A stretch of DNA of 33,595 nt, taken from positions 1-33,595 of the forward strand of contig JBBIVV010000023.1 of the NCBI GenBank assembly GCA_037439545.1, written 5' to 3'. This document shows, one piece after another, positions 8,909 through 18,755 of the stretch. This stretch comes from a bacterium (GTDB lineage Bacteria; JAMCPX01). How positions within the stretch are numbered: position 1 is the first letter of the stretch; every line of letters starts with the position of its first letter. The notes under the pieces are model-generated. The model saw only the letters and a program-made list of their open reading frames with translations, made no database searches and was not told the DNA's origin. Made by a program: the position numbers and the translations under genes.

Positions 8909-9010
8909 ACCCCGTGAGAAAGCCCCACCATTTATGGCGGGGATAATATGATAACTTTTAGTTCCTTATAGAAAGGGCGTGGTTTAAAGCCACGTCCTTT
9001 CTCACGGGGT
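8909..9010. mobile_element. MITE-like element, family B, intact 102-bp copy
   Basis: 14-bp perfect terminal IR ACCCCGTGAGAAAG / CTTTCTCACGGGGT. Two internal hairpins (CCCCACCATTTATGGCGGGG; AAAGGGCGTGGTTTAAAGCCACGTCCTTT). Near-identical copy at 23554-23649. Confidence 0.85.
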
Positions 9011-9090
9011 TTACTCAGCGTGTCCGAAACCTATTGAGAAATCTCCATTTGACTAAGCGCATCATAATAGTATATACAGTCATATCTATT

Positions 9091-11145
9091 ATGTTTATAA
9101 AAAAGTTACCGGTAGCTATCGCTTTTGTGGGACTCGGAAGCCTGCTTATGTCACCTGTAAAAACTTTCAGTTCCACGATGGCATCTGTTTCTGCTGAACT
9201 TCAGAAATACCCTGTAATGACGGGGACAACGGCAGAAACTGTATCGGTGTCCGGTATAACGTCCGGCGCCGAACTTCAGGTTTCGGGAACATCGGTCACA
9301 CTCACCGCGGCACCACCGCCCCCCGCTCTCCCCATTACCGGTACAACGGTGCTGAGCGATACCCTGTATAATGTATGGAACAGCATAAGGATTCAGGGGC
9401 TTGCACCAACGCTCAGTACGGATCATACGATTGCACAGTCAATTGCCCGGCTCAACAATATAAAACTGGACAACGGCTTTATCAATCTGTATCCCTACAG
9501 TTCTGCCCTGCTCAACGAATACAACCGCAGCCATTCAAAAGAACTGCTTGAGTATGCACTACTCTTGTCGCCAGCCATGCCGGAGCCTTATTTTAATCTA
9601 TCCTACCGCATGTTTAAATCAGGGGGAAGCCACTATTCACAAGCAAGTATGTATCTTTCAAAGGCTGTTCATGCGTTTTTCCAAGACCCCTATAACATAC
9701 TGAGATTCATTTCCAACAGGCTTATCAATCTAAGTCTTACGGTGTGTGCGGTATTTTTTATCTTTGCAATCCTGCTCCTTGCCAGATATTCAATGCAGAT
9801 CCATGCCCTTATCAGGGATTCTGTGCCTGAATATATCCCCGAGTATGTAATCATCCTCATTTCCCTTGTCATTGTTCTCCTGCCTCTGCTGTTCGGTATG
9901 GGATTTCTATGGTTGCTATTCCTGTGGCTTGCCATTACAATCGCCTATCAAAAATCCTCAGAAAGAATCTTCAGTATGGTATTTATAATCATCATGGTGA
10001 TGCTGACGCATATTACACTCGTTGCAGTCGCCACGGTATTAAAGCCTGCCGAAGAACCATTTACCGGCATCATGGACATCAACTATGGCAATCTGACCCG
10101 CAATGGCATACAGGAATTGACCTCTTACGCAGACAATCATGCGTCTGATCTTTACAGTAACCTTTATGCCGGTGTGTATTATAAAAGAATAGGATTATAT
10201 GACACGGCATCTGTTTACTACAGAAGGCTGCAGGATAACGGATACGGCGGTATGCCGATAGTCATTTGCAATATCGGGAACCTTGAGTATGCAACGGGCA
10301 ATGTTGCTGCAGCAGGGGATGATTATCAAAAGGCTATAGCGATAAACCATGATTTTTTCCCTGCACATTACAACCTCGGTCAGCTCTATTTGATAAAAGC
10401 GAATATAGAAGGCACAAATGAGCTTGATATTGCACGAGGTATAGCACCGGAACTCTTTGCATACTATGCGTCCATATATGAAAAATCAAACACAAACCGA
10501 ATATTTGCAGACGCACTGCCGGATCCAAAAATACTCGCTTATTCTATGTTTACGAACACACTGAACAGTCAGACGGCCAGAGAACTTGCAGATATTATTA
10601 TGAGCAGGCTTATCGTGTGGCCGCCTGCCCGGTACCTTCACTATCTTGCCTTTTTCTTCCTGGTGGTATTCTTTATTCTCATACTGTTCTCCCGCAGGAT
10701 TAAGCGGCACCTTCGATGTAAGTCGTGCGGGAGGATTTACACTATAACGTCCAACAGGAACGATGAATACAAAGATATACTGTGCGTCGATTGCCTGAGA
10801 TTCCACATAAAAAACGATATAAAAGAGAGTAAAAAGAAGGTGGAGATAACTCAACGGATGCACCAATGGAAGAGGAGTTTAAAGGGCATAAATATTGCCG
10901 TGTCCGCATTGCTGCCCGGCAGCGGTTATATCCTGAGAGGCCAGACGGTAAAAGGTATGTCGGTGCTTTTCATAGTGACCTGTCTTATAGTCGAATACAT
11001 CAGTTCTTTTGGCTTAATAACATCCATATTCCCGTTAAGTAATCCCTTTATTCCTGTATTGAAATTAATGGTAATAATCGCTCTGACAGTTCTCTATCTC
11101 CTGAATCTTTTCCTATCGATAAGGAGTGAAGTCAGATGGTATTAA
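9091..11145 (+). CDS. TPR-containing polytopic membrane protein with CxxC...CxxC motif
   Basis: Signal-like N-terminus from ATG 9091 (ORF track starts at 9034); TPR-like repeats (NIGNLEY...AHYNLGQLY); several TM helices; CKSC and CVDC. Confidence 0.8.
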   Translation: MFIKKLPVAIAFVGLGSLLMSPVKTFSSTMASVSAELQKYPVMTGTTAETVSVSGITSGAELQVSGTSVTLTAAPPPPALPITGTTVLSDTLYNVWNSIRIQGLAPTLSTDHTIAQSIARLNNIKLDNGFINLYPYSSALLNEYNRSHSKELLEYALLLSPAMPEPYFNLSYRMFKSGGSHYSQASMYLSKAVHAFFQDPYNILRFISNRLINLSLTVCAVFFIFAILLLARYSMQIHALIRDSVPEYIPEYVIILISLVIVLLPLLFGMGFLWLLFLWLAITIAYQKSSERIFSMVFIIIMVMLTHITLVAVATVLKPAEEPFTGIMDINYGNLTRNGIQELTSYADNHASDLYSNLYAGVYYKRIGLYDTASVYYRRLQDNGYGGMPIVICNIGNLEYATGNVAAAGDDYQKAIAINHDFFPAHYNLGQLYLIKANIEGTNELDIARGIAPELFAYYASIYEKSNTNRIFADALPDPKILAYSMFTNTLNSQTARELADIIMSRLIVWPPARYLHYLAFFFLVVFFILILFSRRIKRHLRCKSCGRIYTITSNRNDEYKDILCVDCLRFHIKNDIKESKKKVEITQRMHQWKRSLKGINIAVSALLPGSGYILRGQTVKGMSVLFIVTCLIVEYISSFGLITSIFPLSNPFIPVLKLMVIIALTVLYLLNLFLSIRSEVRWY

Positions 11146-12386
11146 AGGGTTCACTCGGCACATTCGATATTATATCCGTCATACAGATGATTACATCACA
11201 GCAGGCGACAGGGGTCCTGCACATCAAAGGTACTGCCAAAAAAGATACTTTTGATATCTTTATTGACAATGGAAGGCTCGTAAGAATTATCCCTGTATTC
11301 GAATCATCCAGGAATCTGCCGAAAAATTCTGCGGTCGTATACATTGCAGAAAGACTTGCAAAAGCCAAACTCCTTGAGCCGGGCCAGCTGAAGGTATTGA
11401 TGAACGCGGTAAAAAAAGAAGGGTTAAATGAATACGACATACCGAAGCGATTTTCGGTATCCCAATCTTCGGTCATAAGGTTAATCATTACCATAAGCAA
11501 TGAGTCCCTGCATACGATGCATCACCTCAAGACAGGTACGTACGAATTCGAATCGACAGCAATAGAATACGATCCTCAATTCTGTGAGCCTATGAACGCA
11601 GAGTTTGTGTTAATGGAATCATCCAGAGTTGTCGACGAGGTCTTGCACCTCAACCGGAGATACAGCGATGGGGTTATATTCAAGAAAGAAGCACACGAAG
11701 AACCGGTGCAGCCCAAACCAGAGCCTCCTCGAAAGAAAGAAGAAATACCGGATGATTTCATCATAGAAAGGGCAGGCACTCCTGTGGAAAAGGCAGCTAC
11801 TCCCGTCGAAAAGGAACAACAGGAACAGGTATCCACCGAGAGGTATCTCTCGCCGCAGGAGATAGTACTCGAACTTATAAACGGCAAGAATACATTTACG
11901 GATATCTATGAGAGCAGCCTGTTAAGTAAGAACGAGGTAATTCTTGAACTCAACAGTCTGCTGAGTAAAAATAAAATAACCGTCGTGTCTGAAATTAAAA
12001 AGCAGTTTAAACCTGCAAAGGCATCCCTCTTATCGGCATTCTTTCATGCAGCAAGGTCGGTTATCATATTATTATTGACTATCGCCGTGCTCCTGACCAT
12101 CCTGAGCTACTCCCGGATAAACCTGTTCAGAATTTCCACATCAAGAGTAAGCATCACCTATACGAACCTTTTAAAATACATAGGCAGGTATCAACAGATA
12201 AAGCTGTCCAATGCCCTGGAGATATATAAATTGGAATACGGTTCATATCCGGCATCATTAAAGACATTGGTTGACATGCATATTATAAGCAGTAAGGATT
12301 TGACATTCCCCTATGGCAGTGAATACTATTATGCTGTACAGGGCGAAAGCTATATATTACTTGCACCAAAATATGCAGCCAGATAA
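11136..12386 (+). CDS. DUF4388 (PATAN-like) domain protein with TM helix and C-terminal GspG-pseudopilin-like domain
   Basis: MVLKGSLGTFDIISVIQMI...TGVLHI, GTYEF; C-terminus LSNALEIYKLEYGSYPASLKTLV...PYGSEYYY. Confidence 0.8.
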   Translation: MVLKGSLGTFDIISVIQMITSQQATGVLHIKGTAKKDTFDIFIDNGRLVRIIPVFESSRNLPKNSAVVYIAERLAKAKLLEPGQLKVLMNAVKKEGLNEYDIPKRFSVSQSSVIRLIITISNESLHTMHHLKTGTYEFESTAIEYDPQFCEPMNAEFVLMESSRVVDEVLHLNRRYSDGVIFKKEAHEEPVQPKPEPPRKKEEIPDDFIIERAGTPVEKAATPVEKEQQEQVSTERYLSPQEIVLELINGKNTFTDIYESSLLSKNEVILELNSLLSKNKITVVSEIKKQFKPAKASLLSAFFHAARSVIILLLTIAVLLTILSYSRINLFRISTSRVSITYTNLLKYIGRYQQIKLSNALEIYKLEYGSYPASLKTLVDMHIISSKDLTFPYGSEYYYAVQGESYILLAPKYAAR

Positions 12387-12399
12387 GGTGTCATAAAAT

Positions 12400-13395
12400 A
12401 TGGAAGTAAAAGAAGCAACACAGGTGTTCGAGTCAAACGAACTTGCGAGGCTTTTATTCGGCGTGAACAATGAGAACCTGAAGGTTATTGAAAACAATCT
12501 CGGCATTAAGCTCAATGTAAGAGGCAACATCATCAACTACAACGGTGAAGACAGCGCTATCGATTTCGCCAACAAAATCCTGACAGAACTTTATACGGTC
12601 GTAGACCGCGGGTATGCAGTCAGTCCGCGTGACGTTTTGAATGCAATAGACATTCTCCGTGAAGATCGCTCCGTAGATCTGACGTCAATATTTCTTGACA
12701 CCTCATTCATCAATCTCAAAAAAAGAAAAATAATACCGAAGAGCCTCAATCAAAAGCTCTATCTCGAAGCCATAAAAAAGTACGATATCGTTTTAGCCAT
12801 AGGACCTGCAGGCACAGGTAAAACATACCTCGCCATGGCAATGGCACTTATTATGCTCATCCGGAAAGAGGTTGACAGGATTATACTGACAAGGCCTGCC
12901 ATTGAGGCAGGTGAAAAACTCGGTTTTCTTCCGGGTGATATGTTTGAAAAAGTTTCCCCCTACCTGCGGCCCCTTTATGATGCACTGTACGATATGATGG
13001 ATCAGGATCGTGCAAACGATTTAATCTACAAGGGAGTAATTGAAGTCGCGCCCCTTGCATTCATGAGGGGCAGGACACTGAATGATTCTTTCATAATCCT
13101 TGATGAGGCTCAGAACACGACATCGGAGCAGATGAAAATGTTCCTGACCAGGATTGGATTCAGTTCACGGGCTGTGGTAACAGGGGACATAACCCAGATA
13201 GATCTTCCGAGAGAACGGCAGTCCGGGCTTGTGGAGAGTATAGATGTACTTTCGGACATTGAAGGTATAAAGTTCGTGAGGTTTTCGGAGGTCGACATCG
13301 TACGGCACAAGCTCGTCCAGGAAATAATTAAGGCTTACGAGTCAAAAGAAACCAATAAATACCAGAGCAGGAATCCGGATAAAATCTCCAGATAA
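12400..13395 (+). CDS. phoH: PhoH-family ATPase (YbeZ type)
   Basis: GPAGTGKT, LTRPAIEAGEKLGFLPG, AFMRGRTL, LDEAQN. Confidence 0.96.
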   Translation: MEVKEATQVFESNELARLLFGVNNENLKVIENNLGIKLNVRGNIINYNGEDSAIDFANKILTELYTVVDRGYAVSPRDVLNAIDILREDRSVDLTSIFLDTSFINLKKRKIIPKSLNQKLYLEAIKKYDIVLAIGPAGTGKTYLAMAMALIMLIRKEVDRIILTRPAIEAGEKLGFLPGDMFEKVSPYLRPLYDALYDMMDQDRANDLIYKGVIEVAPLAFMRGRTLNDSFIILDEAQNTTSEQMKMFLTRIGFSSRAVVTGDITQIDLPRERQSGLVESIDVLSDIEGIKFVRFSEVDIVRHKLVQEIIKAYESKETNKYQSRNPDKISR

Positions 13396-13404
13396 AGATC
13401 ATAC

Positions 13405-15714
13405 ATGAACCTCCTATCTACTGCGAGAGCAGTTGTTAAAAATAACTACACAGGATTCAAGAAGAGAGCATACTCCTTTAAGGATCATCCTTACCTTATA
13501 AAAATAGGAATGGTAGCTGTCGTAAGTATTATTATCGGATTTATCATAGCACCGGTAACCAACATAAGAAGCATCTCCCATTACCGCAGCGGTGATATTG
13601 CAAAGCAGACGATCTATGTTCCGGAGGATATTCAGGCCATTGACACCGTAGGGACGGACAAGAACACGGAGAAATTAGTAAAAGAACTCCCGCCGGTTTT
13701 CAGATACAACCCGTTTATCAAACCGCGTATGTATAATGCACTTATTACGACCTTCGCCATAGGCAGGAGCATGATACAATCGCACAAGAATGCGGATGAT
13801 GCGTTCAATGCAATAAAAAGCAATATGACGAAACTCTCGGGCCTTTCTCCATCTCCCGATACCATCCTGTTCCTTTATAAGAGAGGATTCTCGAAAATGT
13901 ATGAGGATGGACTGCTCGGTATAATACAGAAATTCTATGATAAATATAAGATCATCGAGGAAGGCGCCGAGATACAGAATTATACGGGCGTCGGCGTACT
14001 GCTTATGACACCCGGCATAGGAAAGCTGTTTGTCCGTGATATAAACAATTTTATAGATCTTGAGGATGCGAGGAATATTATATTTGATTCTGTCTCTGAA
14101 ACCTTTCCATTCCTTCCTATAAAGGATCATATTTTACTGACGAATTTTCTCTCTACCTTCGTTTCTCCGGACATCAGGTATGACAGAGAGACGACCGAAA
14201 GTACTCTGGCAAAAGCTAAAGCATCCATAAAACCTGCAACGATGCACCTTAAAAAAGGTGAAATTGTGGTAAGAGAGGGAGAAAGAGTAGACAGCAATGT
14301 TTTTGCAAAGCTCAAGGTGATCAGTGAGAGCAAGGTTGTCAAGAAGTGGTATATATTTGTACTGTTTTATTCATTTATATTTTTTATGGCGATATTCTCA
14401 ATACTCGAATTTTCACAGAAAAACATACGGAAGTTCAGCATAACATTGAAAGACGGTATTTTTCTTTCCCTGTCGCTTATCCTGACTGTTTTGATTGCAA
14501 AACTGTCCACGATGTTTTCAAGCATTTCTGAGATCGGCTCGTTCACCATCACTCAGGAGGCTTACTACTATGCCGCTCCCATAGCTTTTACCGGTATGAT
14601 TGTAAGGCTCATTCTGAATTCGGAAATAGCGATAGGTTTTAGTATTATCGCCGGCCTTGCCGGTGCAATGGCCGTATCGGGCAATGTTTTTATGGCGTTG
14701 TACTATATAATCGGCGGTATTGTCGGAGCACACATGCTCGCCAAATGCGAACAAAGGACCTCGATTGTAAAAGGCGGCCTTGTAGTATCGGGGGTCAACA
14801 TGCTCCTTGCCGCCATGTTTATGCTTATTCAGGGCAGCCAGCCGATAAGCTCTTTTGTGGTGAACATCTCCATGGCAGTATTAAACGGTATAACATCCGC
14901 TATACTGGTAACGGGACTTACGCCTGTTTTTGAATCTATTTTTGGCTATGCAACCGACATAAAGCTTCTTGAGCTCGCAAATCTTGAAAACCCTTTATTA
15001 AAAGAATTATTCATGACATCTCCGGGAAGTTATAATCATAGTATGATGACGGCAACGCTTGCAGAAGCAGCAGCATCCTCCATACATGCAAATCCGCTTT
15101 TAGCAAGAGTTGCATCTTATTATCATGATATTGGAAAGGTAAAGATGCCCGATTACTTCATAGAGAACCAGCAGTATATGTCAAACAAGCATGATAAGCT
15201 GTCTCCGAGTATGAGCAGTCTTATCATCATATCGCATGTGAAAGAAGGCAAGGAACTCTCAAAAATAAATAAAATACCTCAAAAGATCATAGACATCATT
15301 ATGCAGCATCACGGTACAAGCCTTGTGAAATACTTCTATGAAAAGGCGAAAGAGAAGAACGGAGACAACATACAGGAAGCGGAATACCGCTACCCCGGAC
15401 CGAAACCTCAGACAAGGGAAGCAGGAATTGTTATGCTTGCCGATGCTGTGGAAGCAGCCTCCAGAACGCTTGCAGAACCGACTCCCGCACAGATAAAGGC
15501 AATGGTAGAGAAGATTGTCAATGCAAGATTTGTCGACGGACAGCTTGACGAGTGCACCCTTGCCTTAAGCGACCTCAATGAAATAAAAAAGAGTTTCATA
15601 AAGGTTCTTTCGGCCGTATTCCACAAGAGGGTCGATTATCCCGGCTTCAAGTTCAACAACACGCCCACAAAACCCAATGGATATTCAAATATTGTCCAGA
15701 TACAAAAAAAATAG
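13405..15714 (+). CDS. 7TM-HD phosphohydrolase (PgpH-like, putative c-di-AMP phosphodiesterase)
   Basis: Extracellular domain, about 7 TM helices, PGSYNHS, YYHDIGK, QHHGT, YRYPGPKP, MLADAVEAA. Confidence 0.92.
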   Translation: MNLLSTARAVVKNNYTGFKKRAYSFKDHPYLIKIGMVAVVSIIIGFIIAPVTNIRSISHYRSGDIAKQTIYVPEDIQAIDTVGTDKNTEKLVKELPPVFRYNPFIKPRMYNALITTFAIGRSMIQSHKNADDAFNAIKSNMTKLSGLSPSPDTILFLYKRGFSKMYEDGLLGIIQKFYDKYKIIEEGAEIQNYTGVGVLLMTPGIGKLFVRDINNFIDLEDARNIIFDSVSETFPFLPIKDHILLTNFLSTFVSPDIRYDRETTESTLAKAKASIKPATMHLKKGEIVVREGERVDSNVFAKLKVISESKVVKKWYIFVLFYSFIFFMAIFSILEFSQKNIRKFSITLKDGIFLSLSLILTVLIAKLSTMFSSISEIGSFTITQEAYYYAAPIAFTGMIVRLILNSEIAIGFSIIAGLAGAMAVSGNVFMALYYIIGGIVGAHMLAKCEQRTSIVKGGLVVSGVNMLLAAMFMLIQGSQPISSFVVNISMAVLNGITSAILVTGLTPVFESIFGYATDIKLLELANLENPLLKELFMTSPGSYNHSMMTATLAEAAASSIHANPLLARVASYYHDIGKVKMPDYFIENQQYMSNKHDKLSPSMSSLIIISHVKEGKELSKINKIPQKIIDIIMQHHGTSLVKYFYEKAKEKNGDNIQEAEYRYPGPKPQTREAGIVMLADAVEAASRTLAEPTPAQIKAMVEKIVNARFVDGQLDECTLALSDLNEIKKSFIKVLSAVFHKRVDYPGFKFNNTPTKPNGYSNIVQIQKK

Positions 15715-16147
15715 CAGCACGTTCAAGCTCGTCTCGATCAGGTTAAAAAGACTTGCTGCTCTTCTGGAGGATACATTAACAGTATACGTCGTGTTTGTCG
15801 ATGACCCTGAAATGAAGGAACTGAACCTGCGTTTCAAGAACAAAGATAAAACAACGAATGTTCTGTCTTTCCAGGTGGATCAACTGGATCCCGAAAACAG
15901 CCGGTTTATAATCGGAGAGGTTATAATATCTGCCGGTACAGCTAAAAAAGAGGCGAAAGACGCAGGGATCGCTTTTCATAAAAGACTCGAGATGTTGTTC
16001 ATACACGGATTTGTCCACCTGCTTGGTTATGATCATACGAAGGGTAAAAAACAGGCGGCACTCATGAAGAAAAAAGAAGATGCACTACGACGGTTGATCG
16101 AAAGACCGTACCGGGCAAAATTACCGCAAAAACCGGGAAAAGTATAA
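15677..16147 (+). CDS. ybeY: rRNA maturation endoribonuclease YbeY
   Basis: TNVLSF, HGFVHLLGYDH. Confidence 0.93.
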   Translation: MDIQILSRYKKNSSTFKLVSIRLKRLAALLEDTLTVYVVFVDDPEMKELNLRFKNKDKTTNVLSFQVDQLDPENSRFIIGEVIISAGTAKKEAKDAGIAFHKRLEMLFIHGFVHLLGYDHTKGKKQAALMKKKEDALRRLIERPYRAKLPQKPGKV

Positions 16148-16160
16148 ACGGATCTCCGGC

Positions 16161-17726
16161 ATGCCGATTTTTTTATCCATTCTCTCAGGCTTATTGACAG
16201 GGTTAAGCTTCCCGAGGTTCGGTATGCCCCTTGTTGCATGGGTTGCGTATGTCCCCCTTCTCTTGTCCATAAAAATGATCAATGGACGAAAGCCGCTTTA
16301 TAAAAGCTATGCGTACGGATTTATCTCGGGATTCATCGGCAATGTTATTCTCCTCTACTGGGTCGTCGTTGCGATGAACCGGTACGGCGGCATAAATATA
16401 TTCGTCAGTATATTTGCACTCATACTTCTCTCGCTGATACTGAGTGCCCTTTATTCCGGGACCTTCACGCTCCTTTTAAAATTATTCTGGAATACCTCTT
16501 CTTCAGGCGAACTGCTTTTTATACCGGTCGTATGGGTTTTGCTCGAATATATTAAAACATATCTTTTCTCCGGGTTTCCATGGGAGCTGCTCGGCTATTC
16601 CCAGTACAATAACCTTTCTCTTATTCAGATATCCAGATTTACGGCAGTGTACGGTGTCTCTTTTATAATCATGATGTTCAATACGCTGGTCTATGAGATC
16701 CTCCTCTGGTGGTATGATATTAATAGTGTGAGGACCGCCAAATATCCGTTTGTATTTACAAAAACGATTATAGTCCTTCTCCTCATAACAGGCATACTCA
16801 TTTATGGCGACACCGTGGTAAACCGTACCAATAATATAATTGAAAACCCGGGCAATACCCTTGAGGTCAGCCTAATCCAGGGCAATATAGATCAAAGTCA
16901 AAAATGGAATCCTGTGTACCAGAACGAGACAATTACGGACTATTTCTCACTCACGCAAAAGGCTTATGGAACAGCACATCCGGAATTAGTCGTCTGGCCC
17001 GAAACAGCCACTCCTTTCTTCTTCCAGTCCGAGCCTTCCTATTCGGGCAGGGTAAGCGATTTTGTCCGTTCTCTTCATAGTTACCTGCTTTTCGGAAGCC
17101 CTGCGTATCAATATGCGGACACAGGCGTGGAATATTTCAACAGTGCATTTCTTATGGGCAGGGAAGGAGAGATAAGAGGAAGATACGATAAAAGGCACCT
17201 TGTTCCATTCGGCGAATATCTACCTTTGAAACACATTTTCTTTTTTATAAAGAAATTAACCGGAAGTATCGGCGATTTTACTCCGGGAAAAGGTTCAACC
17301 ATGCTTCAATTCAAAAATGTCAAAATCGGCACCCTAATCTGCTATGAAATCATCTTCCCGCAACTTTGCGCTGAAGATGCCCGGAGTGGTGCAAACCTGC
17401 TTGTTACCATTACCGATGATGCGTGGTTCGGAGATACATCAGCGCCCTATCAACATTTATCGATGGCTGTATTCCGAGCGGTTGAAACCGGCAGGTTTCT
17501 TATCAGGTCGGCGAATACGGGCATTTCTGCGGTCATATCCCCTACAGGCAAAATACTTGCCTCTACAAAATTATTCGTCCCTGCTTTTATAAATTACAAG
17601 GTTCAACTCCTCGATACAAATACATTCTATACAAACCATGGTGATCTCTTCGTACTTCTATGCAGTATAGTGTTTTTTATATTTATCCTGTATCTCGTCT
17701 ATAAAAAATCCTCGAAAAGACTGTAG
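16161..17726 (+). CDS. lnt: Apolipoprotein N-acyltransferase
   Basis: GFPW, QGNI, WPET, YDKRHLVPFGEY, ICYE (E-K-C triad). Confidence 0.97.
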   Translation: MPIFLSILSGLLTGLSFPRFGMPLVAWVAYVPLLLSIKMINGRKPLYKSYAYGFISGFIGNVILLYWVVVAMNRYGGINIFVSIFALILLSLILSALYSGTFTLLLKLFWNTSSSGELLFIPVVWVLLEYIKTYLFSGFPWELLGYSQYNNLSLIQISRFTAVYGVSFIIMMFNTLVYEILLWWYDINSVRTAKYPFVFTKTIIVLLLITGILIYGDTVVNRTNNIIENPGNTLEVSLIQGNIDQSQKWNPVYQNETITDYFSLTQKAYGTAHPELVVWPETATPFFFQSEPSYSGRVSDFVRSLHSYLLFGSPAYQYADTGVEYFNSAFLMGREGEIRGRYDKRHLVPFGEYLPLKHIFFFIKKLTGSIGDFTPGKGSTMLQFKNVKIGTLICYEIIFPQLCAEDARSGANLLVTITDDAWFGDTSAPYQHLSMAVFRAVETGRFLIRSANTGISAVISPTGKILASTKLFVPAFINYKVQLLDTNTFYTNHGDLFVLLCSIVFFIFILYLVYKKSSKRL

Positions 17727-17872
17727 GAGGTTTTTAAGGACTTACTTCTTATTCCGCATTATAAAAATATTTCCACTTGCATACAATATGTGCTATGAAC
17801 CTGCTTATGAACATAACGCTGATCAATCTTCTGAATAAAAAACTTGATGCTTCCATGCGGGGCGCATCAAAA

Positions 17873-18046
17873 ATGCCTTTTTTGTATTTTTTATTCTTCT
17901 TCTCTGTCATTATTGTTCTTTTTTTTCCTTTCTACATAAAAGGACATGGCAACAGGCTTATCCAGTTGCTTGTTGTCTCATTGTTCCTCGGGATCATTGT
18001 TTATCTTGTTTACATAATTTACATGACAGGCGGGTTTAATGTTTAA
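17873..18046 (+). CDS. Small two-helix membrane protein, hypothetical
   Basis: Two hydrophobic stretches; overlaps next gene; start uncertain (ORF track 17777). Confidence 0.5.
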   Translation: MPFLYFLFFFSVIIVLFFPFYIKGHGNRLIQLLVVSLFLGIIVYLVYIIYMTGGFNV

Positions 18047-18455
18047 AAAGGTTTTGCTCTTCATACTGTTTTCCATATCAGTTTATCCCGTTTATGCACA
18101 AACAGATCAGAAAGATATTAAAAGTTTCTGTTCGACCCTTGTTGATAAAGATATGTCAAGTATGCATACAAGGAGAGTGCTGAAACAGTTCTTTTATACA
18201 GACGATGATCTGTCGAATTTCATAGTCTATATCAATGTACAGATTAAGCATACAGGATTTTCAAGTTCTGTTATCTACGGTTGCAGCGTACAGGAAGTTA
18301 CTGAAACCGGGTCTACCCTTAAAGCGGTACTTGATATTACGGGAAGGGGTGCATTCTTTTTCTTAAGGAAGCATGTACTTGTGACAACGCACTGGATCAG
18401 CAATGACAACCGATGGTATTTGCAAGCATCGCCGGTCATAGAAATAAATGAATGA
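18039..18455 (+). CDS. Secreted hypothetical protein
   Basis: Signal peptide MFKKVLLFILFSISVYPVYA; GGCGGG Shine-Dalgarno-like sequence. Confidence 0.7.
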   Translation: MFKKVLLFILFSISVYPVYAQTDQKDIKSFCSTLVDKDMSSMHTRRVLKQFFYTDDDLSNFIVYINVQIKHTGFSSSVIYGCSVQEVTETGSTLKAVLDITGRGAFFFLRKHVLVTTHWISNDNRWYLQASPVIEINE

Positions 18456-18461
18456 TAACAT

Positions 18462-18537
18462 GGGGCAGTAGCTCAGCTGGGAGAGCGCCACGTTCGCAAC
18501 GTGGAGGCCGAGGGTTCGATCCCCTTCTGCTCCACCA
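18462..18537 (+). tRNA. tRNA-Ala(CGC)
   Basis: 76-nt cloverleaf; acceptor GGGGCAG/CTGCTCC with G3:U70; anticodon arm CCACG-TTCGCAA-CGTGG; GGTTCGAT; encoded CCA. Confidence 0.98.
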
Positions 18538-18666
18538 ATCATAGTTATCCTCTTGAAGGATCCCCGCAGTCCGGTGTGATCCCCGGCACATTTTTGATAT
18601 AAAGGAGCTATAAATAGCCACTTTTTTATGCCTTTTTTTGACCATAAAATTCAGTAATTCCCAACC

Positions 18667-18694
18667 GGAACCTTTTCCTGCATGAGCTGTTTAA
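18667..18694 (+). promoter_or_regulatory. Candidate ECF (sigmaE-type) promoter
   Basis: GGAACC-N16-GTTTAA about 60 nt upstream of the lipoprotein ATG. Confidence 0.5.
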
Positions 18695-18702
18695 ATGTTT
18701 AG

Positions 18703-18736
18703 ACCTCACCAGAGAACTGATGTTCTCCAATGGGGT
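18703..18736. repeat. Degenerate short palindrome related to family B ends
   Basis: ACCTCACCAGAGAAC-TGAT-GTTCTCCAATGGGGT(AAAA); resembles TTTCTCACGGGGTAAAA. Confidence 0.45.
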
Positions 18737-18755
18737 AAAAACAAAGGAGGCAAAA

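Noticed and set aside
17844..17870. FNR box (TTGAT...ATCAA)
   Set aside because: The half-sites are 17 nt apart rather than 4, so at most a hairpin.
18462..18660. tRNA-Ala as an integration site for an island
   Set aside because: No integrase and no duplicated tRNA 3' end were seen in the window.
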